Of a stretch of 45,460 nt of DNA, positions 1 to 9,930 are shown one piece after another (position 1 is the first letter of the stretch; the number at the start of each line of letters is the position of its first letter). Below the pieces are notes generated by a model, which was not told the origin of the DNA, ran no database searches, and saw nothing but the letters and a program-made list of their open reading frames with translations. Position numbers and translations under genes: made by a program. This DNA is from a virus (Duplodnaviria > Caudoviricetes). The stretch is from the IMG/VR virus record IMGVR_UViG_3300017766_003504, positions 1 through 45,460 of that record; one strand, given 5' to 3'.

Positions 1-102
1 AGAGCGAACTCTTTTTGCTAGAAATAATTAAAATTACCCTGTAAGTAATTGCCTCATCACACAAGACGCTGTTCCCCCAATCAACTAAGTTTACGTTTGT
101 CC

Positions 103-1011
103 ATGCCCGAAAAACTGAAAAATTACAGAAGCGCTCGCGGCAAAATTGCGAGTGCCAACAACATCCGTGGACAGAGGAAACCCCAAAAGGAAAACTTGCT
201 TGAGGGTCTTACAAATCTGGACACCGGAGAGTCAGCGGATGGAATCCCCCTCACATCTTACCCAAGCATGAAAGCAGCGGCACACGCGCTGAAAATTGAT
301 ATTGGTATCTTGAAAGATGCGCGAGCAAAAGCGTGCAGCGCATTCAACGGCAGTGGCGCTGTTCACCGGGAGCGGCTGTTGTTGTGGTTGAAGAACAACG
401 CCCGTCACGCATTGGAGGGAACACCCCCACCGGACCAATCCCAAGACAACCAAGACCCGGACACACAGGACGAGTTTGTAGATAACTACAACATCCCGGA
501 TGAAGCCGGTGGAGTTGGTCAAACGCTGAAAAGCCTCCAAGCCTACGAACGGCGATTAAAGCAGATATTGGACAAGTTGGAGCGCTCAACCAATTTGCAC
601 CCGTCCGTAAAAGCGGACAAAGTGAAACAGGCACAGGACGCTTGGCTAAAAGTCGTCAACTCGCTTTTGAAGTATGACTTGGCGGTTGACATGGCAAAAC
701 GGGAAAGCGGCGAGTTGCTTCCAATGGCGGATGCGATTAAAGCTGTGCAAGCTCTTCTGGCATGGCACACGGTTGGCACCAGTGACGCGCTACGCAACGC
801 AATCCCGGAATGTGAGGGAAAGACCAAGTACGAGATTGCCGCCATTCTGGACCCCGTGCTTAGAAGCGCCATTTATCGCAATTTCAAGTTGGGGGTGAAG
901 ATTGGTAAAATCCCCGAATGGATGGCAAAGACAGCAACGGACTTCATGGTAAAGGAAAAACCTCTTGACCTTGAAGACAAGAAAGGGTCAACTAATTTGG
1001 ATGATTATTAA
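103..1011 (+). CDS. Putative terminase small subunit (Nu1-like)
   Basis: First gene, upstream of the GpA-type terminase. Helical C-terminal half with 'DMAKRESGELLPMADA', resembling the Nu1-like 'ERGELV' segment. ATG at 103 chosen within ORF 49..1011. Ends in NLDDY. Confidence 0.6.
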   Translation: MPEKLKNYRSARGKIASANNIRGQRKPQKENLLEGLTNLDTGESADGIPLTSYPSMKAAAHALKIDIGILKDARAKACSAFNGSGAVHRERLLLWLKNNARHALEGTPPPDQSQDNQDPDTQDEFVDNYNIPDEAGGVGQTLKSLQAYERRLKQILDKLERSTNLHPSVKADKVKQAQDAWLKVVNSLLKYDLAVDMAKRESGELLPMADAIKAVQALLAWHTVGTSDALRNAIPECEGKTKYEIAAILDPVLRSAIYRNFKLGVKIGKIPEWMAKTATDFMVKEKPLDLEDKKGSTNLDDY

Positions 1012-1213
1012 ACCCCCCATAGGTAGCCTGTGCCAATTCCTAGACAACGAAGGGAAGCTTAGGGCGTGCCGGATTACCGGACATGGCACCAAGGGCACAG
1101 TGGTAATTACCTACAAGGTGGATAACGGAGAGCTTGTAGAAGATGAGCATATCTCCGTTTTCGATTTAGTCAGCGATGAAGATGTTGCAACCCATGACTA
1201 CGAAGTCCTATGA
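1001..1213 (+). CDS. Small hypothetical protein
   Basis: ATG at 1001 overlaps the end of the previous gene, within ORF 965..1213. Confidence 0.5.
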   Translation: MIIKPPIGSLCQFLDNEGKLRACRITGHGTKGTVVITYKVDNGELVEDEHISVFDLVSDEDVATHDYEVL

Positions 1214-1247
1214 AAGAGCGAATTAAAGCACGCATAAGGTCTTTCCT

Positions 1248-3170
1248 TTGGAAGCTCTTGGGGCTTACAGAACCCCCTTACCAATGCTATTGGCACCGTC
1301 GCGCACTCGCGGCAGAGAGCAAACTAAGGGAAAAGAAGTGGGGGAGAATAGCGAAGTGACTGGCAACCAACTTTACGGTAGTGGCACAATCCGCCGTTCC
1401 CCTCTTCTGGACTTCATGGAAGAGCACTACGAGATTATTGCCCCTGCGCCAATAACCGGACCCTTCCGCATTGAAAACTCCCTGTGGGCGGCAGAACCCA
1501 TGTTTGCGATGTGCGACCCTTCGATTAGGGAAGTAACTACGCAGTGGGCGGCGCAAGGGGGTAAGAACCTGCTAAGTGAGGGTTATATCTCTTACACGGT
1601 GCTACACAATCCCGGCAACGTTCTCTTCTATGGTCAAACGGACGAAGATGCGGAGATGTTCGCAACATCACGCGCCCTAAAGCGGGCGAAATCCATCCCT
1701 GTTTTGGAATCAGTTTGGCCGGATAGCAAGGGAGCAAAGAAAAACAATCAAGTGCATCTAGGACACTTGGCACTTGAGTTTTTAGGCATAAACAAGAGCA
1801 ACGCGCGGGGTAAGTCAGCACCCCACGTAATTTGCGACGAGAAGCATTTGCCACAGTGGAAAGGCATGGGGACGATTATCAAGAAGCGGTGTTCTGCTTT
1901 TTGGGACCATAAGATTTTGAATATCAGCACTGCCGGGGAGGAAGGTTCTGAAATTGATTTGGATTTTCTTCGCGGGTCACAGGAAGATTGGCACTTGGGT
2001 TGCCCGGCGTGTCAGCGTCTTGTTCGGTTGAATTGGAGTCAGGAAACACAGACGATTGTTTGGGAATCGAAGCTTTCACAGGATGGGAGCAAGAACATCC
2101 GGGAGATTCGCAAAACAGTGCGCTTCAAGTGCCCCTTTGAAGACTGTAATTGCGAGGAAAGGGATAGCACCCCACTCCGCAAGGAGATGAACCGGCTAGG
2201 TGGATACGTGTGCGACAACCCGGACGCGGCAACAGACCATCGCAGCTTTCACGTTTCACAGATTGCTTACCCGTGGGTTGCATGGGAGGCAATGGCGGAA
2301 GAGTGGATATTGGCGAGCGAACAAGCCAAGAGCGGGGATTTGTCCAACTTGAAGACGTTTGTAATTGAAACAATGGGGCACACATGGCAGCGGCGGGTTT
2401 CCACTTCAAGCACCGCACATGTAACCGGGGGTTATCAGATTGTGGACATGGTGTTTAGTTGGGAGCTAGAGAAAGAGCGGTTTGCCACGGTGGACGTTCA
2501 AGAACGCGGGGGAAGGCATTTTTGGGTCTGTGTCCGTGCATGGGGCGGCGGCGGGGTTTCCCGGCTTGTGAGTGCCTACCGCTGTGAATCGTGGGACGAA
2601 GTGGAGAAACGCATTGAAGAGAACGGTGTAAAGGCAAAGCGGGTGGGTGTGGATAGCAGACACGCCACAGAAGAGGTAAAGGAAATGTGTGCAAAGAAGG
2701 AATGGCACTACATGGTAGCCGACATGACCCGGACGGAATACGAATGGAAAAAGCCGGGTGCCGTTGCGGTGAAAAGACCCTACAAGCGCTCAAGCTGGCA
2801 TGACGTGTTTGTAAGAGATGACGGCAGGAAAGTGCGGCGGTATGCGCACGGCATCATTTTCAGCAAGGAGTGGGCGCGTGGGGTGCTCTCAAACAGGATT
2901 GCGGGCACAGGCACGGAATGGGGCTTGCCGGAAGACGTGGGGCAACTGGTGTTTCGTGGCACCGCCAAGATTGAATCCAGCTACATGGCGCAACTCAATT
3001 CATGGGTGGAAAAGGAAGTGGAGATTAAGAAGACCGGCGAAAAGGCTTTGCAGTGGGTTCAAATCAACACGGATGACCATTTCCGCGCTTGTGAGGAAAT
3101 GCAGTTGGTTCTTGCTGCGATTAGTGGCTTTTTTCCAAGTGAGTTGACAGGGAATAGAAAGGGAGATTGA
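1248..3170 (+). CDS. Terminase large subunit, lambda GpA family
   Basis: Walker A-like 'WAAQGGKN', Walker B 'VICDE', 'ISTAG' coupling motif, CPAC/CPFEDC zinc motifs, nuclease 'TVDVQ' and 'DHFRACE'. True start is probably downstream of 1248 (GTG near 1338 or 1356). Confidence 0.9.
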   Translation: MEALGAYRTPLPMLLAPSRTRGREQTKGKEVGENSEVTGNQLYGSGTIRRSPLLDFMEEHYEIIAPAPITGPFRIENSLWAAEPMFAMCDPSIREVTTQWAAQGGKNLLSEGYISYTVLHNPGNVLFYGQTDEDAEMFATSRALKRAKSIPVLESVWPDSKGAKKNNQVHLGHLALEFLGINKSNARGKSAPHVICDEKHLPQWKGMGTIIKKRCSAFWDHKILNISTAGEEGSEIDLDFLRGSQEDWHLGCPACQRLVRLNWSQETQTIVWESKLSQDGSKNIREIRKTVRFKCPFEDCNCEERDSTPLRKEMNRLGGYVCDNPDAATDHRSFHVSQIAYPWVAWEAMAEEWILASEQAKSGDLSNLKTFVIETMGHTWQRRVSTSSTAHVTGGYQIVDMVFSWELEKERFATVDVQERGGRHFWVCVRAWGGGGVSRLVSAYRCESWDEVEKRIEENGVKAKRVGVDSRHATEEVKEMCAKKEWHYMVADMTRTEYEWKKPGAVAVKRPYKRSSWHDVFVRDDGRKVRRYAHGIIFSKEWARGVLSNRIAGTGTEWGLPEDVGQLVFRGTAKIESSYMAQLNSWVEKEVEIKKTGEKALQWVQINTDDHFRACEEMQLVLAAISGFFPSELTGNRKGD

Positions 3171-3205
3171 CACTTTCCCGCCCCATGCCTTAATAACCTC
3201 CCCAA

Positions 3206-3472
3206 ATGGCCCAAACCGTTGAAACCTCTTACCGCAATATGTCTGTCGCCACGCTGGAAGCGTTGCGGCTGTCCATCCTGACACAGTTAAAAGCAGTTGA
3301 GGGTGTAGGGCAATCCCACAGCACAAACGGGCGGCAAACCGTCTTGACTGACTTTGACAAGCTTACGTTGAAGCTCGCAAGCATTGAGTCTGCGCTGACT
3401 TGGAAAGCCAACGCAGCAAACGCGGGCAACAACGGGTATGCCTCGCGCTATGCCAATTTCAACGTGCGATGA
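3206..3472 (+). CDS. gpW-like head completion / head-tail joining protein
   Basis: 88 aa between terminase and portal, with helix, 'GQSHSTNGRQ', helix pattern typical of gpW. Confidence 0.6.
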   Translation: MAQTVETSYRNMSVATLEALRLSILTQLKAVEGVGQSHSTNGRQTVLTDFDKLTLKLASIESALTWKANAANAGNNGYASRYANFNVR

Positions 3473-3735
3473 GAACGGTTGCGCGGTTTCAACCCGGTTT
3501 TGTATCCGCAGACACGGAAAAATCAGTTAAACAAATCCCACAAGGGAAGATGTGGCTTACTTTGGTGACAGTTGAGGTTGTTGAATTGGACGACACACAA
3601 ACAGATTTAGACACGCAATTTTCCATTCTGGCAGCGCTCCCAAGCATGGAAACAGATGTTTCAAAATCCAATTTGCTCCGTAGAGCGTTGCTACACACCG
3701 GGCAACATATTGAAGCAAACAAAGGGAGTATTTAG
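3469..3735 (+). CDS. Hypothetical protein
   Basis: ATGA overlap with the previous stop codon; fills the gap to the portal gene. Confidence 0.5.
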   Translation: MRTVARFQPGFVSADTEKSVKQIPQGKMWLTLVTVEVVELDDTQTDLDTQFSILAALPSMETDVSKSNLLRRALLHTGQHIEANKGSI

Positions 3736-3736
3736 G

Positions 3737-5314
3737 ATGACACCTACAAAGCCAACACCGCTCAACTTTGGCACCAAGTTTCAACAAATCTTGGACAGTG
3801 CAATTGGCACGCTCGCACCCGGATTGCAGCTTTCCCGGATGCAATCACGCGCGGAAGTAGCACGGTTGCACCAATACGCGGGAGCGGACACCGGGCGAAG
3901 CCGCACCCCGCCGAAGTCGTTGCGCTCCCCGGACAGCCTAGGCGGGCAAGCGGACGCCTTGGTAATGCAGCGGCGGGCACAGGACCAAGGGCGCGACAAC
4001 GCTTTTATCGGGCATCTTGTGAATCAATACCGCATCTATGCGATGGGGGATATTTCCTACATCCCACAGACGGGGGACAGAAACGCGGACCAAGCCTACC
4101 GGGACTATTGGCAGGAATGGATGAAATCTGCGGATGTGCAAGGGAGATTCCACTTCATTGACCTAATGCAACTTAGTTTGTCCGGGGTGATTTACAATGG
4201 ACGGCACGGGTTGATTCACCACCACAACGAAGATGGGTCTTTCCAGTTGCAACCAATCATGGGTTACAACATTGGCAACCCGCGCACTGTTTACACCAAC
4301 CCGAACAACATCCAAGGCATTCGGATTGGCACGGACGGAAGCGTAATTGGTTATGACCTTTACCGGCTTGGCATTCAAGGCATGGTGCAATTTGTGGAGA
4401 CCGTGCCAGCGTGCATTTTTTCCTGTCTCAACCCGGTTACGTCAACGGACGAGTACAGCGCAAAAACACCTTTGCACGCCATCCTAAACGACGCGCACGA
4501 CATGAAAGTTGTGGAAAGCGCTTGGATGGACAAAATTAAATGGGCGGCTTTCAAAACAGCGGTGTTCAACACCCCAAACGGTTCACCCCCGGACGGCGAC
4601 CCCAACGCAAACGAGTTGGACAATCCGCCTAGCTCAACGATTACCAACGGGCGTGTGCGTCACCAGTTACCCGGCGAAGAGTTGCATGGTGAAGAGGGTT
4701 TCAACGTGGAGATGGTGCGTAATGACACCCCCACGAACAACGAAACCGAATTGCTGCTAACCAAGTTGGCGCAAATCGCTTCATCCCTGTCCCTGCCGCT
4801 CCCGTTTGTGTGGGTAATGATGGGCTTGCCGGGCACATACACCCGGTTGATTAGCGAACAGGCAAAGCGGGCTTTCCAACATGGACCCTTGGGGCAAAAG
4901 TGGCTTGAACGGGTCGCATTGGACGAAATCAAGAACAAAGCCCTAACTGCGGGCATCCTTCGCGGGGAAATCCCTTGGACAAAGAACTTTTCACGCGGTT
5001 TCTTCATGTATCCGGCGCACCCCACCGTGGACGTTGGCCGCGAATCGAAAGCTAATCTTGAGGAAAACCGCCAAGGCATCCGTGCAATGGCGACAATCAC
5101 GGCAGAGGAAGCGCTTTACTGGCGCGACGTTGACAGTCAGCTTGGCGAAGAGGCTGAAAACAAAATTCGTATTGCCATCGCAAAGGCGAAAGAGCTTGCG
5201 CCGCTTGACCCCGAAATTACTTGGCGTGATGTAATGCCATATATCCAGTCTTACAACGCCAATCCACCCAACCCTCAACTTGTGGAGAAACAAGACGAGA
5301 TTACAACGCAGTAA
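3737..5314 (+). CDS. Portal protein, lambda family
   Basis: 'YAGADTGR', 'ADVQGRFHF', 'GIRIGTDGSVIGY', 'PTVDVGRE' motifs; ~525 aa; position after terminase. Confidence 0.88.
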   Translation: MTPTKPTPLNFGTKFQQILDSAIGTLAPGLQLSRMQSRAEVARLHQYAGADTGRSRTPPKSLRSPDSLGGQADALVMQRRAQDQGRDNAFIGHLVNQYRIYAMGDISYIPQTGDRNADQAYRDYWQEWMKSADVQGRFHFIDLMQLSLSGVIYNGRHGLIHHHNEDGSFQLQPIMGYNIGNPRTVYTNPNNIQGIRIGTDGSVIGYDLYRLGIQGMVQFVETVPACIFSCLNPVTSTDEYSAKTPLHAILNDAHDMKVVESAWMDKIKWAAFKTAVFNTPNGSPPDGDPNANELDNPPSSTITNGRVRHQLPGEELHGEEGFNVEMVRNDTPTNNETELLLTKLAQIASSLSLPLPFVWVMMGLPGTYTRLISEQAKRAFQHGPLGQKWLERVALDEIKNKALTAGILRGEIPWTKNFSRGFFMYPAHPTVDVGRESKANLEENRQGIRAMATITAEEALYWRDVDSQLGEEAENKIRIAIAKAKELAPLDPEITWRDVMPYIQSYNANPPNPQLVEKQDEITTQ

Positions 5315-5338
5315 ACCAAGTTTAACACACCACGCACC

Positions 5339-6373
5339 ATGCCGCTTATTTACGCTGAAATTGACACCCCGCTTACGTTCACCCGCTTTGAAGCGCAACC
5401 CGTGTGGAGTGGCGAGGTTGCCCCAAAGGAAGGATTTTACCCCGGTGTGCTTGTCATCCAAACCGGACCGGCAAAGGGGCATTTTGCGGTAATGGACGGC
5501 ACCCGCGTTGTTAATTACCAACCCTCTAACGAAGAGCACTCAAAGCTTCAAAAATACCAAATCGTTATCAGTGAGGAAACACTGGACGATGTGGTTAAGT
5601 GCGGTCTGGAAAATGAGTTGACCAAGTGCAAGCTGGACCACGGCTCAACCGTCCGGGACATTGTTGGGGATTACGCAACATTCCGCCGTGACGGGGATAA
5701 AGTGCGCGCGGATTTAACTTTGGATTCCCGATTGCATGGCTATGACCATGCGGCGGCACTGGTTGACAGGTTCGCAAAAAAAATCGGAAATTCTATTGAC
5801 TTCGATTATAGCTATGAAATAAAAGGCGACGTTGCGATTGCTCGTTGTCGGAAGCTAAACAGTGTTGACATTGTTGACGCGCCAGCGGCGACCAAAAGCC
5901 TATTCAACGACAATCCAAACCACCTAACAGAACTCCCGCACATGCCACTTGATACCAAAGACCTTGAAGCAATCGGCAACTTGATTGATACCAAGTTGAC
6001 CGCTCACAAATCCGAAATCACCGGACAGCTTTCCGCGATTACCAAGCGGTTTGAGGAAGGCGAAGGGGAGAAAAAGGACGAAGAGAAGAAGGATGAGGAA
6101 AAGGACAGCGGCACGGATGAAGCCAAAATGTCCGAAATCGCCAGCAAAGCGGCAATGGAAGCCGTCAACAAGGCTTTCCCGCAAGCGCAGCGTGAACAGT
6201 TTGCGAAGCTCTCCGCACCGGACACCAAGAGCAAGTTTGAACAACTCGTTGACGCGCATTTGGCAGCGGGTGCCAAGAACCGGGGTATTGCCATCCAGCG
6301 CATTGCCCGCGACAACCCCAAGGAGTACAACGCCCACATGAGCGCGGTTAATTCCGGCAGCGGCACGCTCTAA
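5339..6373 (+). CDS. Prohead protease / scaffold fusion
   Basis: 'LDHG', 'IGNSIDF' and 'SVDIVDAPAAT' protease-like motifs, then a charged helical C-terminal scaffold-like region; lies between portal and capsid genes. Confidence 0.7.
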   Translation: MPLIYAEIDTPLTFTRFEAQPVWSGEVAPKEGFYPGVLVIQTGPAKGHFAVMDGTRVVNYQPSNEEHSKLQKYQIVISEETLDDVVKCGLENELTKCKLDHGSTVRDIVGDYATFRRDGDKVRADLTLDSRLHGYDHAAALVDRFAKKIGNSIDFDYSYEIKGDVAIARCRKLNSVDIVDAPAATKSLFNDNPNHLTELPHMPLDTKDLEAIGNLIDTKLTAHKSEITGQLSAITKRFEEGEGEKKDEEKKDEEKDSGTDEAKMSEIASKAAMEAVNKAFPQAQREQFAKLSAPDTKSKFEQLVDAHLAAGAKNRGIAIQRIARDNPKEYNAHMSAVNSGSGTL

Positions 6374-6417
6374 ACAGAGTTTCACCGGCACACCAACCAC
6401 AAACCTGATTTAACATT

Positions 6418-6792
6418 ATGGCTACTGTCGCAACACAGAATATCCCAATGCAACGCAGTGCTCTTGTTACGGCTGTTGCCGTGGCACGGGGCACTCGTCT
6501 TACATTCAACGGCACCGCTTATGCGGCTTCCGCAATTGGCGTCCGTGGGGATGCAATTGCTCTGGAAGACATTCCCGCCAGCGGGCGCGGGTTGGTTGCA
6601 CCCATCCAAAGCGGCGGCAGCGTTCCTGTGCTTGCCGGTGAAGCCAGTTGTGACGCTGGCGATGCTGCTTACTCAATGGCGGCGGGTCTTACCGGCGTTT
6701 CCACGGGTGGCGGTGCGGTTCTTTTGGGCAAGTGGCTTCAAACCACGGCGAACGGTGCGTTGGGCGTGATTGAGCTTCAAAACCCGGCGTAA
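6418..6792 (+). CDS. Capsid decoration/cement protein (DUF2190-like)
   Basis: 124 aa, Ala/Gly-rich, 'AGDAAYSMAAG', directly before the major capsid gene. Confidence 0.65.
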   Translation: MATVATQNIPMQRSALVTAVAVARGTRLTFNGTAYAASAIGVRGDAIALEDIPASGRGLVAPIQSGGSVPVLAGEASCDAGDAAYSMAAGLTGVSTGGGAVLLGKWLQTTANGALGVIELQNPA

Positions 6793-6847
6793 ACCAAGTT
6801 GATAGTTCACTAAACCAACCACCGAAAAACTCAAATAGCCCAATAAC

Positions 6848-7846
6848 ATGCCGGTTTATACCAACTCCACCGCCCGCCCCCGTCAAGAGCTTGCTGCCAT
6901 CGTCCGCGAGGGTGAAGGCATTAACAAGCTCAACATTCACTCCAAGATTCTCCCGGCAATGCCTGTCAACCGGCAGAACGTCCACCTTGTCAAAGCGGGT
7001 GTTGCGCAGACGCAGCTTGCACGCATTCTGGACGACTACTTTTTGACCGCTCCCGGTGCGAACGTGGAGCGCATGACAGCCACTATCGGGGATGCGTCTT
7101 TCTCCGTTGCGATTCGCAAGCGGGAAATCCAAATCCCGGACGAAGCGGAAATGTCATACGCTGACTATTTGAGCCTTGAGGGGCTTTTTGCGCAGCAAGG
7201 CATGGAGTCCGTCGAACTTACCACGGAGTACCTTACTGCGCTGGCAATCTTCAACGCTACCACGTTCGGCGCTGGCACCAACTCCATTGTTGCTTACACG
7301 GCGGCAAACTTGGCAACCATCGACTTTTTTGGCGACATTGTGGCTGCCACGGAGCGCGGTTACGACAAGGCGGAAATCTACAACACCATTGTTCTTTCCC
7401 GCCAAGTTTACAACCGCATCCGGCAATCCACGCTGTTGAAAAACTACGTGGTGAGTCAGCTTGGCAAGGGCTACGAAGTCAACGAGAGCAATTTGCAGCT
7501 TGCCTTTGCCGACATTGGAATCAAGAAGGTGCTGATTGGGTCCAGCATCTACAACAGCGCAGCGGACGGCGCAACGCCGGTAATGACGCGCGTTTGGGGC
7601 AATACCTACGTTTGGGTTGGCAACACGGAAGACACCGCCGTTGGCAACGACGAAGCCGGGATTTCCACGATTCGCGGGGTTGGCGTCAATGCCTTTTGGG
7701 ATGCCTACACGCCACAAGACGGCTACGGTGTGGACACCTACCGCGAGGAAAAGACGGAAAGCAACATTGTCCGTGCCAAAACGTCCAAGGCTCCTTACAT
7801 CGCCAACGCGAACAAGGGCACGCTGATTACAACGCAGTACTCGTAA
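6848..7846 (+). CDS. Major capsid protein
   Basis: 332 aa, C-ending codon bias, position after decoration gene; 'NTIVLSRQVYNRIR' and 'DTYREEKTESNIVR' resemble HK97-fold/gpE-like capsids. Confidence 0.8.
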   Translation: MPVYTNSTARPRQELAAIVREGEGINKLNIHSKILPAMPVNRQNVHLVKAGVAQTQLARILDDYFLTAPGANVERMTATIGDASFSVAIRKREIQIPDEAEMSYADYLSLEGLFAQQGMESVELTTEYLTALAIFNATTFGAGTNSIVAYTAANLATIDFFGDIVAATERGYDKAEIYNTIVLSRQVYNRIRQSTLLKNYVVSQLGKGYEVNESNLQLAFADIGIKKVLIGSSIYNSAADGATPVMTRVWGNTYVWVGNTEDTAVGNDEAGISTIRGVGVNAFWDAYTPQDGYGVDTYREEKTESNIVRAKTSKAPYIANANKGTLITTQYS

Positions 7847-7904
7847 TCCCAAAACCACGGTGCCGGGGGAAGTCACTAACCCCGCTCGCCAACCAAAAAA
7901 CTTT

Positions 7905-8333
7905 ATGGCTAAATCGAAATACGCGAAACTTGAGAAAGATGCGCTCGTTGACGAAATCAAGCTTCGTCGCGCTGCGGGTCGGAATATCCCCGTGGACCTT
8001 CGCGCGGGCGAAGACAAGCTTGCTGCGGCGCTGGAAGGCGACGACATGGAGAACGGGGATTTTGACCCGGACGCCACACAGGAAGAGCTTACGCCGGAAG
8101 CGCTCAAGTTGGGCGCTGCCGCCCGTGCGGATGGCGTCAATACGCGGGAAGTGCCAACGGACCTTGAGGAATACAGCGGCGAATACCGCTACCTTGCAAC
8201 AGGTGAAATCTTCGGTTTGAAGGTGCTTCCAGCAGGTGACGTGCGCGGGGGCAAGACCCATCATGCAAAAAGTCCATTGAAGTTCGGGGACTACACCCCC
8301 GAAGAGTTTCGTTTGCAGTTTGAGAAGGTGTAG
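7905..8333 (+). CDS. Hypothetical head-associated protein
   Basis: Follows the capsid gene with the same codon style; ATG at 7905 in ORF 7860..8333. Confidence 0.6.
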   Translation: MAKSKYAKLEKDALVDEIKLRRAAGRNIPVDLRAGEDKLAAALEGDDMENGDFDPDATQEELTPEALKLGAAARADGVNTREVPTDLEEYSGEYRYLATGEIFGLKVLPAGDVRGGKTHHAKSPLKFGDYTPEEFRLQFEKV

Positions 8334-8361
8334 GGGGAAACTTAACCTAGCTCAAATCCCA

Positions 8362-8405
8362 AAGCCCCGGCATAGCTTGCTTGACTATGCCGGGGCTTCT
8401 TGCTT
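8362..8405 (+). terminator. Rho-independent terminator-like hairpin after the head operon
   Basis: 14-bp stem AAGCCCCGGCATAG (8362-8375) / CTATGCCGGGGCTT (8385-8398), followed by a pyrimidine-rich CTTGCTT. Confidence 0.7.
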
Positions 8406-8416
8406 AGATTGCCAAC

Positions 8417-8902
8417 GTGAGCCGTAACAAGAATAACCCCTTAGCCGCTCAACAGCCCCCGCCAGCGTTCGCAAATGACCATAGCGGCTTCTTTGGTGCT
8501 GTTCTGGCAGAAAACCACACATCGGGCATTTCTAGTTTACTGCCGGGCGGCACAGTGATTCAATCAGACGTTGCGGTAAAGGGACGGCTGCTAGCCTCGC
8601 AAATCGCTTGGACCCCTGCAAAGGCACGTTGGAACGGGTGTAACATCACAATTTCCCTCGCGGATTCACAGTTTTTGCTTGCCTTGGAAACTGGTGGCGA
8701 CACTCAACAGGGACGTATCACCGTCATGGTTGAGAAGTTGCAATTTGGCTCAACTGGCTTGCCCGGTGACGGCGGGTTTGGGCAAACCTTTGAAATCCAA
8801 GCAGGTGGAAAGTGGATTCAGTTTACCATTGCTGAAATTTTTGGGCAATACGACGACAACGAACCGGGGCTAATTCTGTCTCTGGAAAGGGATTTGGAAT
8901 GA
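8417..8902 (+). CDS. Putative head-tail connector/closure protein
   Basis: Position and size only; predicted beta-rich; coupled to the next gene by ATGA. Confidence 0.5.
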   Translation: MSRNKNNPLAAQQPPPAFANDHSGFFGAVLAENHTSGISSLLPGGTVIQSDVAVKGRLLASQIAWTPAKARWNGCNITISLADSQFLLALETGGDTQQGRITVMVEKLQFGSTGLPGDGGFGQTFEIQAGGKWIQFTIAEIFGQYDDNEPGLILSLERDLE

Positions 8903-9384
8903 ACTCGCAAATTGATTTAGAGCGCAAAACGGAAAAGGCACTTGCCGCGCGGTTCAAGCAACAACCGCTTCTTGCCAAGCTTCGGATGCGGATGAACTCC
9001 GAAGATAGCTCAAAAATCAACCAAGACCTTGTTATCAGTGCCAAGCGTGGGGACGGGAATCCCCCATATTCCGGCATCTACAACATGGATGTTACATGCA
9101 CCTACACGATGAAGCATCGCAGGAGCATTGACACACTTCCGTTGTTTTTACGTGTCTGCGCTGCGATGGAAGAGGTTTTCAATGTCACCGCAATTGACAT
9201 GGTGGGCGGTGTCCCCACCCAACGGATTGCCGTGCAACTTAGTTCATGCGTTCCAAATTTTCATTGCTACGAAGTGGCGGTTAGTGGTAAGGATGACACT
9301 CCCGAAGACATGAAGCACAAATGCGAATGGTCCTTGTCTCTTATTGCAATGAGCCAATCATATGCTAATGCTGTAAATCTCTAA
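8899..9384 (+). CDS. Putative tail terminator/completion protein
   Basis: 161 aa, alpha/beta pattern, precedes the tube-like gene; 5 Cys. Confidence 0.5.
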   Translation: MNSQIDLERKTEKALAARFKQQPLLAKLRMRMNSEDSSKINQDLVISAKRGDGNPPYSGIYNMDVTCTYTMKHRRSIDTLPLFLRVCAAMEEVFNVTAIDMVGGVPTQRIAVQLSSCVPNFHCYEVAVSGKDDTPEDMKHKCEWSLSLIAMSQSYANAVNL

Positions 9385-9415
9385 CCCGACACTCCACTAA
9401 TAACACCCTAAGTAT

Positions 9416-9784
9416 ATGGCCGATTTTGGTTCTCTTGCTCTCCTTTCCCGTTGCGTTGGCGCTGTTTCCGGTCTTAACGCAGAAAGCTACTCTGCCGACA
9501 TTTCCTGTGACCTTGTGAAAACGCCGGATGTTTGCGGCGAGAACGTGCAAGCGTTCACCAAGAACGTTGTTGCGGACCATCAATGGAGCGGTGAAATCCT
9601 TGGACCTTCCGCCACTGGTGCGGCGGTGTTTACCGTTGGTGCCAGTGCCACCCCGCCCGCTGGTGTGTGGGGCTTCAACATGACGCCGGGAGCGTCCTAC
9701 ATTTGCACCAAAGCCAACCCACAATACACCCGTGGCGAGTGGGCAAAGTTTGGCTTTACGCTCAACAACAGCGCGGGGATTTAA
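9416..9784 (+). CDS. Putative tail tube (major tail) protein
   Basis: 122 aa beta-rich protein upstream of the chaperone and tape measure genes; 4 Cys. Confidence 0.5.
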   Translation: MADFGSLALLSRCVGAVSGLNAESYSADISCDLVKTPDVCGENVQAFTKNVVADHQWSGEILGPSATGAAVFTVGASATPPAGVWGFNMTPGASYICTKANPQYTRGEWAKFGFTLNNSAGI

Positions 9785-9787
9785 GCC

Positions 9788-9928
9788 ATGCCGGAAGCAT
9801 TTTCTGGCGCTGTGGATTACAAAGAGCTAAAGCGGCGACGTGCTGTTTTACACAAGTCTCTTTTGGCAAAAGGTCTTGTCCCCGGTTCGTCAAAGTGGAT
9901 GAGGGTTTGGTATAGAAAGGCTATTTAA
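9788..9928 (+). CDS. Small basic hypothetical protein (46 aa)
   Basis: Read by eye: MPEAFSGAVDYKELKRRR...WYRKAI; fills the gap between the two flanking genes. Confidence 0.45.
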   Translation: MPEAFSGAVDYKELKRRRAVLHKSLLAKGLVPGSSKWMRVWYRKAI

Positions 9929-9930
9929 CC

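Noticed and set aside
7030-7041. Internal LDDY in the major capsid protein as a fifth tag
   Set aside because: It is internal, lacks the Asn and is not at a C-terminus; probably chance.
7154-8140. Long antisense or alternate-frame ORFs (e.g. 7154..8140 -, 24914..25840 +, 33770..34552 +, 37468..38175 +)
   Set aside because: They shadow well-supported genes and show no recognisable motifs, unlike the 27806..28594 ORF.
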